Assembly: GCA_963845755.1 (NCBI GenBank)
Contig: CAWJTV010000028.1
Coordinates: 381,814-445,813, forward strand
DNA length: 64,000 bases
Direction of reading: 5' to 3'
Source: an uncultured Planctomycetota bacterium
GTDB lineage: Bacteria; Planctomycetota; Planctomycetia; Isosphaerales; Isosphaeraceae
Position numbers and translations under genes: made by a program. Under the pieces are notes generated by a model, which was given only the letters and a program-made list of their open reading frames with translations, did no database searches and had not been told where the DNA came from. The number at the start of each line of letters is the position of its first letter. Position 1 is the stretch's first letter. Positions 21,564-30,983 of this stretch are shown in pieces.

Positions 21564-21743
21564 GCGTTGCCGAGATCGGGTCTCGGAGATTTTCCGCAAG
21601 GCTCCTTGCGATTCTGACCGAACTGGGCTAGATTTGGAAGATTGAGTGCTCCAAGTGGTTCCCAATCCAAGTCTGTATCGACTCCCTTTTCGCCGGTTGG
21701 ATCCGGGACTCCACGTCCCGGATCGTTGGGACGATCCATCGCA

Positions 21744-22185
21744 ATGTTGCGCTTTCACGCTCGTCGATGGTCAGGCACCGCCGCCGCGGCATGTTTGATG
21801 CTCGCGACCCTGGCCGCGCTGTTACCAGCGGAAGCGCGCGGGCTGCGATCATCCATGGGTTAAGCGTACGGTCCTATCCGATACACTGAATGACCTGAGC
21901 GTCCTCGCGCCGGTCCGTCAAGGGTCAAGTTCCGATTCCGGTTTCCCCGACGAGCCCCGGCGCCGATCTCCATGCGCGGGGGGAATGTGTTCCCGATCGC
22001 CGGACATGCCGATGACCTCCCCGGACTCCACTCCGGACCGTGTCGAGCTATGGGGCAACCTGCCTGACAGTTTCCAGCCGAAGGCCCCTGCATTGACTGC
22101 GGCATGCCCCTTTCTGGATCGCCCGCGTCCGGCTAGGACGCTTCGACCTATCGAACGTCCTCCGCGCATGATCCCCCCCTTTTGA
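21744..22185 (+). CDS. Secreted Cys-containing leader protein ending in ERPPR (DUF2946/CruR-like); frameshift near 21840
   Basis: Signal MLRFHARR...LAALLPAEAR; shifted frame GCDHPWV...SPCAGGMCSR...LRPIERPPRMIPPF. Confidence 0.7.
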
Positions 22186-22521
22186 TTCCTCTCATCTCGT
22201 GGACTCAGCTGGTCGGATGACCAAGGGTCGGATTCTTGACTCGCGAGGAATGACACCCTCGACGAGTCGAAAGGCCCGGCGTGTCCATGTCGCAACATTC
22301 CTGACGTCTTTATTCGACCGAATTCTCGGGGCGTGATGCGTCCACGGATCGACGATCGGTCGGTCCCCGACCGTGCCGACGCGCACGGATCCCGCCCTTG
22401 TACCCCGGACTGGTGAGTACGTTTCGTTTGTGATTCATCTCGTATCCCTGCGAGCTGGGGGATGAGCCCGGTCTGGTCATCATCGTTTTTTTCGATTCTT
22501 CGTGCTTGAAGAGGTGCATAA

Positions 22522-23557
22522 ATGAAAAAGTTTCGAAGCGGTTTCACGTTGATCGAACTACTCGTGGTCATCGCCATCATCGCCGTCCTGATCGCCCTCT
22601 TGTTGCCCGCGGTCCAGGCGGCTCGCGAGGCCGCGCGCGGGCGCAATGCAACAACAACCTCAAGCAGATCGGGCTGGCCTGCCACAACTACTTGAGCTCT
22701 TTCCAGTGCCTGCCCTTCGGCAAGGGTGCGAGCTACACCAATGGGGCGCAATACTACGCTCGCTGGTCCACCCACAGTCAGCTCTTGATGTACATCGAGC
22801 AAGGGACTCTCTTCAACAGCATCAACTTCAGCCTTGCGCCATCAACGCCGGGCATGGCCGGTGATGTCGCGTTCATGCCCCCGTACACGCAGCCGGAGAA
22901 CCTGACCAGTTCATTGACCCAGGTGTCCGCGTTCCTCTGCCCGACGGACGCGACCGCGCCGACTCCCGGCTGGCCGGGCTGCAATAACTACCTCGGCAAC
23001 ATGCAGACCTGGGCCTGCGATCTGGGAGATAATAACCCCTCTCAGGTTTCCCCGGGCGATGCGCCCATGGGATCTTCTACTTCTGGAGCTCGGTGGGTCT
23101 CGCCAAGATCACGGATGGCACGAGCAACACGGCCTTCTTCAGCGAAAAACTGCGAGGCAACGGGACGCGAGACGGCGACGCCCGCTCCGACTCGCTGATC
23201 ACGGCGGCGCCGACTAGCCTGAATGCTACCTTCCAGACGTGCACGAGCACGCCGCTGACCGCCTTGCGGCTCACTCACGCCCAGGGCGCAAGTTGGGTCA
23301 TGGGCGAAATGTGCTGCACCCAGTATAACCACGTTTCCACTCCGAACACCAAGACCTGCGCCGGGCTGGGTTTTCTCAACAGCAACATGGCCAACATGCC
23401 GATGCAGGTTCCCCCTTCGAGCAACCATCCGGGAGGCGTGAACGTCCTCTTTGGCGACGGAGGCGCACGCTTCGTCAAGACCAGCGTTTCGCTCGTGACC
23501 TGGCGCGCCTTGGGCACGCGGGACGGGAACGAGACCATTTCCTCAGATTCGTATTGA
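22522..23557 (+). CDS. DUF1559 prepilin-type N-terminal cleavage protein with H-X9-DG C-terminus; 2 frameshifts (~22640, ~23070)
   Basis: [81 protein letters not shown]. Confidence 0.95.
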
Positions 23558-23568
23558 CGGGGGCTACC

Positions 23569-24033
23569 ATGCGAATTCTCTGGAACGAGCCTCGGCCGGC
23601 GATTCTTGCGGCTCTGTCACTGCTCCTCCTCCTGGGAACGGGGGGATGCGGGACCGGCAAGAGCGAGGGTTTACCCTCGGACGATGTAGGACGCCGGGCG
23701 CTCGAGGCGGCGCTAAACGTCTGGCGCGAGGGCGGAAAGACCGGGCCCGTGGCGGGCATGGAGCCTCCAGTCGAGGTCCACGACACGCCCTGGAGCCTGG
23801 GCGACCGCCTGTCCTCGTACGAGATCGTTGGCGAGACTAAGAGCGCCGCGGAGATGAGGTTCACCGTCCGGCTCTCGCTCGCCAAACCGGAGCGGGTGCA
23901 GGAGGTGCAGTATTACGTACTCGGCCGCGATCCGGTGATGGTCTTTCGCGATGAAGACTACCAGCGGAATATCAACATGGTAAACGGGCCGTCGGTCACC
24001 AAACCCGCGAAGTCGGGGAAGAGACGACGATAG
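23569..24033 (+). CDS. Putative lipoprotein, paralog 2 of 3
   Basis: Lipobox-like LLLLGTGGC; GRRALEAALNVWR; MRFTVRLSL; YYVLGRDPVMVFRDEDY. Confidence 0.85.
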   Translation: MRILWNEPRPAILAALSLLLLLGTGGCGTGKSEGLPSDDVGRRALEAALNVWREGGKTGPVAGMEPPVEVHDTPWSLGDRLSSYEIVGETKSAAEMRFTVRLSLAKPERVQEVQYYVLGRDPVMVFRDEDYQRNINMVNGPSVTKPAKSGKRRR

Positions 24034-24209
24034 CGCCCCCAGAGGGATCCGCACTCCTGGCACAGCCAGGGTCTTGTCCGCGTGGGGTGCGAAACCGCCG
24101 GACTAGCCACAGGCCGGGACAACTCTGTCACGCGCGATGCGATCGACCGGCGTGACACCACCGCTCGGCGCATCCGGAATGGCGACCCGGTTATCGAAGG
24201 GGACAACCC

Positions 24210-24738
24210 GTGAGACGGCATCCACCGACACCGCCAAGCACGAGCCTGATCATCGCAGCATTCGCGGCGATGATATGTCCGTCATGCGGCACGGTGGCTG
24301 CGCGAGAAGCCGCCGAGTTTGCTGCCCGACCCGCGGGTGGCCCGGCAAGCGGTCGAGAACGCCCTGGAGGAGTGGCGGGCCTCTCCCGATGTCGATACCA
24401 CGGCCGCCGACCGATCCCTGATCTTCGTGGATCGTCAACGACGACCGGGTCAACGCTTACGGGAATTCGCAGTCCTGGGGGACTCGGTGGTCGACAACCT
24501 CCGGCGTTTCGTAGTGAGGCTGTCCCTCGCGGAACCTGAGGAATCGACGCTCGCCGCTTACTACGTTTTCGGCCGTGTGGGCAACGACCCGATCTGGGTG
24601 TATCGTGCCGAGGAATTCGATATGATGATGAATATGGACATGGCGCCCGATGATCCGGCCCCGCCCGCGAACCCATCCAGGCCCCAGGGGTCGTCGAAAC
24701 CCGAGGCGGGGCGCCACCATGAGAAGAAGGCATACTGA
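24210..24738 (+). CDS. Putative lipoprotein, paralog 3 of 3, with Met-rich tail; frameshift near 24290
   Basis: LIIAAFAAMICPSC signal; LPDPRVARQAVENALEEWR; FVDRQRRPGQRL; RFVVRLSL; DPIWVYRAEEFDMMMNMDM. Confidence 0.8.
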
Positions 24739-26331
24739 CCGTGACGCGACGGGCGGTGGTCACCTTTCCGCACTTGCAACACGCCTGGGAAGGGGAATGG
24801 TGAGGATAAGGTCGATGGCGGGCGGCTCCGTCGGACACTGGATCTGGTCGGCCTTGCGATTAGCCGAGGTCCGACTGCGCGTTCCGATCGTGCTGGTCGT
24901 GGCCGCGGTGGTGATCGGCCGATGGGAGGTTATCCGCAACTACTGGGACCGTTTCACGCGATCCTCGACGGCCCAGAACACCTTCAAGCTCCCGATCTCG
25001 AGCGACACGGAATACTTCTGCCCGATGGATCCCGGGGTCGTGTCGCACGGTCCCGCGCGTTGCGGCGTTTGCAACATGGCGTTGGTCCGCCGCAAGCGCG
25101 GTGATGCGGTAATGCTGCCCGATGGGGTCGTCGCCCGGATGCAGCTATCGCCGTACCGGATCCAGCTCGCCGGCATCCAGACTGCTCCGTTGGGCTATCT
25201 CCCCCTGAACCGGGAGTGGTCCGCCGCGGGGTTGGTCACCCGCGAGGCCGATGACTCGGTAACCATCACGATGGATGTGCCCGGTCGTCAGGCGCCTTGG
25301 GTCGAGGAAGGTCAACGGGTCGACATCGCGTGTGCCGACCTCCCCGGCCAATGGCCGCTCACGGGCAGGATCCGATCGCTGCCGCGCCGCGTGGTTCAAG
25401 GGCGGGAATTTGCTCGTGTGACCGTCGCGATCGAGAAACCGCCGCAAACGCTCCGGGGCGGCATGATCGCGGTCGTGACATTCCGGATCGCCATGGCCGC
25501 GCTGGATCCGTTCCGCACGATGCCGAGCGGCCCGCCCGCCCGGAAGCGCGGGGAGCCGGGCGCATCTACCTCTGTCACGATCACCCGGAGACGATCGCCC
25601 TCGAGGCGGGACGCTGCCCGATCGACGGCAAGAACCGCATGCCGCAGACGTTGGGTGAACTGGAGCGGGTGCAATGGTGGTGTCCGATGCATCCGGAGGT
25701 CACCGCCGAGAATGCAGGCGCCGTTTGCGAACCATGCGGCGGGATGGTCTTGAAACCCAAGGTGGTCTTCTTCGCACCCAAGGGCCAGGTGCTGGCCCTG
25801 CAACAGTCGGCGGTAGTCGACACCGGCGTGCGGAAAGTGGTCTTCGTCGAGACGATGCCCGGTATGTTTGACGCAGTGGAGGTGGTCCTAGGACCGCGTT
25901 GCGGCGACTTCTACCCGGTCGTGCGTGGCATCGAGCCGGGCCAAGAGGTCGCGGTCGCCGGCGCCTTCCTGCTCGACGCCGAGACCCGGCTGAATCCTAG
26001 CTTGGCCGCCGGCTACTTCGGTGCAGGCCGTGGCGATCGTGCGGCCCACGGGGCGGCACCGGCGACCACTACGAGGCGATCTTCCCCCGCTGACGGCCCA
26101 TCCAACGCATCCGGCGATCCCTTCTGGGGACTGGATCCTGCGGATCGTACCCTGGCCCAAGGTCAGTCAAACTGCCCCGTCACGGGTCGGCCGCTGGGCT
26201 CGATGGGCACTCCCAAACGTTACGTCGTTTCCGGCCGGGTGGTATTCCTTTGCTGTGCGGGGTGCGAATCCCGGCTCCTTCGGGAGCCGGCGAAATACCT
26301 GGCAAAGCTGCCCGCCCCGGGTCGCCCATGA
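24719..26331 (+). CDS. CusB-like RND periplasmic adaptor with several heavy-metal-binding/YHS-like domains; frameshift near 25560
   Basis: YFCPMDP..CGVCNM; LSPYRIQLAGIQT; LRGGMIAVV; CPIDG; WCPMHP..CEPCGGM; SAVVDTG..GAFLLDAETRL; CPVTG...LCCAGC. Confidence 0.85.
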
Positions 26332-29300
26332 TTGACGCGGTCATCACGTTCTCGATCCGGCATCGGGCGGCTGTCATCGCAGCCAGCCTGCTCCTGGCCG
26401 CGCTGGGCGGCTGGGCCGTGTGGGATACTCCGGTGGACGCGATCCCGGATCTCTCGGAGAACCAGGTGATCGTCTTCACGGAGTGGAACGGGCATGGTCC
26501 GCGCGAGATCGAGGACCAGGTGACGTATCCGCTGACTCTCGGCCTGCGCGGGATCCGGGGCGTCCGGGTCGTCCGGTCGTCGAGCGACGTCGGCTTCTCG
26601 ACGATCAGCGTCATCTTCGAAGACGCGATCCCGGTCGCCGAGGCGCGACGGCGGGTAACCGAGCGATTGGCACAGGTCCAGGGGAAGTTGCCGGCCGGGA
26701 TTCTATCCGAGATCGCACCGGACTCTCCTGCAACCGGCCAGATCTTCTGGTACACGGTGGAGGGGGGCAAGCTCGACCTGGGCCGGCTTCGCGCGATCCA
26801 GGATTGGTATGTCCGCCCGCAGCTCGGCTCCGTGCCCGGCGTGGCGGACGTATCCAGCGTGGGTGGTTTCCCGATCGAGTATGAAGTGGCGCCGGACCCC
26901 GACCGGCTCCGGCTCTTCGGCGTGACGCTCCAGGAAGTCCTCGACGCCGTGTCCTCGTCGAACGCCGCGACGGGCGGCCAGGTGGTCAACAAGGGGAATG
27001 CGGAGTACGTGGTGCGCGGTGTCGGCTGGCTGGGGGCCTCTCCCAATCCCGGCGACGATTCGTTCGACCCTCGGCGGCGCGATCCGCGACCTGGAAAACG
27101 TCGTCCTCCGCGCACCGGGCGGAGGAACGATCCGGCTGGCGGACGTCGCGACGGTGGCGATCGTCCCCGGCTTCCGTCGCGGTGCCCTGGAGAAAGACGG
27201 CAGCGAGGCCGTCGGCGGCGTGATCCTGATGGCGCACGGCGAGAACCCGCTCGAGGTCACGCGCCGGATCAAGACGAAGATCCGCGAGCTCCAGATCGGC
27301 CTGCCGCGCGATGTCCGGATCGTGCCCTTCTACGACCGCACCCCGCTGATCGAAGGGGCCATCAGCACCGTCAGCGGCACCGTGCTGGAAGCAATGGTCT
27401 CGGCCTCGTTGTGCGTCCTGGTGATCTTGCTCCATGTGCGCACCTCGCTCGTCATCGTCGGCACGCTGCCACTGGCCGCGCTGTCGTCGTTCCTGATCAT
27501 GGGCGTCTTGCGACGGTCGGGCGTCGTGGACATCGCGGCCAACGCCATGTCGCTGGCGGGGATCGCGATCTCGATCGGCGTGCTGGTCGACTCGTCGGTC
27601 GTGATGGCCGAGAACGTCATGCACCGGCTCAAGGAGCGCTTCGGCCCGGAACCGGTGCGCGGCGACGTTCGCGAAGTGGTCTTGCCGGCCTGCCTGGCCG
27701 TCGGTCAACCCATCGTCTTCTCGGTGGCGATCATGGTGCTGTCGTTCCTCCCCGTCTTCGCACTGGGAGGTATTGAAGGCAAGATGTTCCATCCCCTGGC
27801 CTATACCAAGACATTCGCGCTGGCATCGGTCGCGGTGCTCGCGGTGACCCTGGTCCCGGCTCTGTGTACGCTCTTCATCCGAGGCCGACTGCGGTCGGAG
27901 CGGGAGAATCCGCTGGTCCGCGGCGTGATCGAGGTCTATCGCCCGGTCCTCTCTTTCTTGATGGATCGCCCGGCGGTGCTGGCCGGGATTCTGGGGATAA
28001 CCTTCCTCCTGGGATTCGCCCCATTGGGCAGCCGAACGATCTTCCTCGGTACGCTCGTCGTGGCGATGGTGGCGATGGCGGTCTGCGCGTCGAGCCGTTG
28101 GGGTGCGGTCCTGGGTCCCGCGTTTCTGGTACTGGTCGCACTGCTGATCGAACCAAGGATCACGCCTCTGATACGCGAATTCATGACGCCGCTCGACGAG
28201 GGAATGGTGATGGACATGCCCATCACGGTCCCGCGGGCCTCGGTATCGGAGTCGGTCGACGACCTGAAGGCGCGCGACATGGTCTTGTGCCGGTTCCCGG
28301 AGGTGGACATGGTCGTGGGCAAGGCGGGGCGGGCCGAGACGCCGACCGACCCCGCGCCGATGGACATGATCGAGACCATGGTGAATCTCCGGCCGCGCGA
28401 GTTCTGGCCGCGCCGTAAGCTCCGCGCATCCGATGCCTCCGCCCATTGCCTTGCGGTGCTCGATGCCTTGATCGCACGCCAGGTCGTCGCGCCGCCGGTT
28501 GACGCGCAGGCGCGCCGATCCCTCATCGAAGAGGCCGTCGCGCCGGCCTTGACGCAGTTCGACGCGATGTGCCGGGAGTATGCCTATCACCGCAATCAGG
28601 AATTGGTGCGCGAGTCGAGCGGCCTCTCTCCGACCTCGACGCACCCCTCGGATCCCGCCGAGCAGCGGCTGGTCGATCCCTGGCGCCGGCATGTGGAGAA
28701 ACTCGATGACGAACTGCTAATGCGCGCCGCCCCGCTCTTCACGCGGCTGGTGATGGACCAACTCCTGGAGCGTGCGACGATCATCGACCCGGCCGTGGCG
28801 GCGCATCACGCAAACGCGGTCCGCCTCCGTGCGGCGTCGGTCGAGGCCGCCATCTCGGCCATGACGAGGCGTCCATCCGCCATCGCTGGGCACCACCACC
28901 ATTCCGGCGGATATGCCTCGATCCCCCTGCTGGAGCCGCAGCCACAACTCGACGTCGTCCAGGAGGAGCTCTCCCGCCAGTTCAGCCGATGGTTGCTCTT
29001 GTGGCAGGTGGATCGGGACGAGTTGACGCGGTTCGGCGGCGAGCTGGACAATGCCGTCCCGATGCCGGGCTGGACGAACGTCTGGACGATGCCGATCCAG
29101 AACCGAGTCAACATGCTGACAACCGGCGTGAATTCGCCGATTGGCATCCGGGTCCTCGGACGCAACCTCGAAGACGTCGTCCGCGGCTCGGAGGAGGTTG
29201 CGCGGGTCGTGAAGGGCATTCCTGGGGCCGTTGACGTCGTGGCCGACCCGATCCGCGGCAAGCCTTACATCGAAATCCGGCTCGACCGCGAGCGGGCCGC

Positions 29301-30333
29301 CCGAGTCGGCGTTCGAGCCGGAGAGGTCAACGCGCTGATCGAGATCGCCCTGGCCGGCAAGGTCGTGGCGACGACCGTCGAAGGACGCGAACGACACTCG
29401 GTCGTCGTCCGCTATCCCCGTGCTCGTCGCGAAGACGAGGACTCGGTGCGGAACCTGCTCGTGACCGCCTACGGTGTTTCCCGCGGGCCAGCCTCGGGTT
29501 CGACCTCGACGCCTCCCGATCCGCCTTCGAGCCAGATCCCTCTCTCGGAAGTGGCCGAGATCCGCGTGGTCGAGGGGCCAGCAACAATCAAGGGTGAAAA
29601 TGGGCTGTTGCGCAATTATGTGAGGCTCAGTGCCCGCGGCCGAGATTTCGCCGACCTCGTCGAGGAGGCGCGCGCCGCCGTGGCTCGCGAGGCCCGTCTG
29701 CCCGACGGAGTTTATCTCGAGTGGACCGGACGGTTCGAGCACGAGCTCCGTGCCCGAAGGCGGCTAACCCTGGTCGTGCCCGTCGTGGTCGTCCTGATCT
29801 TCCTGATCCTCTACTGGACCTATCACGACGCGGCCGACGCCATGCTGATGATGCTGGCGGTGCCCGGCGCGATCGCAGGGGGGCTCCTCTTCCAATGGTT
29901 CCTGGGCTTGAAGCTCTCGGTGACGGTCTGGGTCGGCTACATCGCCTGCTTCGGCATGGCCACGTCGACCGGAATCATCATGCTCGTCTATCTGCGCGAG
30001 GCCGTCGAGCGCGCCGGCGGCCTGGAGCGGATCAGCCTGCAAGGGCTGCGCCAGGCGGTCCTGGATGGTGCCGTCCATCGGCTCCGGCCCAAGCTGTTGA
30101 CCGAAGGCACGGTCGTCATCGGCCTGGCCCCGATGCTCTGGTCCAGCGGAGTGGCGTCCGAGATCATCCGGCCCATGGCCGCCCCCGTCCTCGGTGGCAT
30201 CCTGGTCGCCGATGAAGTCATCGACCTGTTCTTGCCTATCTTGTTCTACTGGGTGCGCCGACGGCGGTGGTTGAGGCTGCATGCTCACAGCCGGATGGTT
30301 GAACCCGACGCTCAACCCATTCCTGAGTCCTGA
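26328..30333 (+). CDS. cusA: CusA/SilA-type heavy-metal RND permease (Cu+/Ag+); frameshift near 27075
   Basis: PVDAIPDLSENQVIV; EDQVTYPL; NAMSLAGIAISIGVLVD; EGKMFHPLAYTKT; Met-triad equivalents DMPIT, PMDMIET, NRVNMLTTG; RLRPKLLT. Confidence 0.93.
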
Positions 30334-30512
30334 GTTACGCACAGATACTGCACCCTTGCCCCGCGGGGGACCGGATCGGATCCGCCTCCTCAACCGCAAT
30401 TGGCCTGAAGATTGCAGTGATATGTGATTGTTGGCTCGGCCGATTTCGGTTGTCTCGGCCGTGACAATCTCCGTTGCACAACGACACCGATCTTCATGAG
30501 GGTTGAGATCCG

Positions 30513-30881
30513 ATGAGACGGTTTCTCCGCGTACTCCTCGTCGCCGGCCTGCTGGTCGGCGGCCTGATGTTCGGGACGAGCCCCGCCCAAGGCGGTCCCT
30601 TTCGCCGCGGCTGGGGCCCCTTTGGCGGGTTCGGGCGTTATCGCGTCTATCGACCGGCCTGGGGTTATGGGTATGGTGGCTATCGTCCCTACGGCTATCG
30701 TTACGGCTGGGGAGGATACGGGCTAGGGTATCCGGCCTATAGCTACGGTTATGGCTATCCCGGTTACTACAATCCCTACTTCGGCGGGATGGGAATGGGA
30801 TATCCGGGCTACTACGGTACCTCGGTATCGATCGGCGGTCCCTATGGTGGCGGGCTGTATGTCGGCTCCTACCCGTACTGA
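30513..30881 (+). CDS. Small secreted Gly/Tyr-rich protein
   Basis: Signal peptide ending PAQG; GYG/YPG low-complexity repeats. Confidence 0.8.
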   Translation: MRRFLRVLLVAGLLVGGLMFGTSPAQGGPFRRGWGPFGGFGRYRVYRPAWGYGYGGYRPYGYRYGWGGYGLGYPAYSYGYGYPGYYNPYFGGMGMGYPGYYGTSVSIGGPYGGGLYVGSYPY

Positions 30882-30983
30882 GTTCAACCCAAGGTCGGCC
30901 TGTACTCGCGTTATTTTCAAGAGGGCCAGGGTCGTCGGGTCAGCTCAGCCCGGACCTTGGCCCGCAAACGTCGAGTTGGAGGC

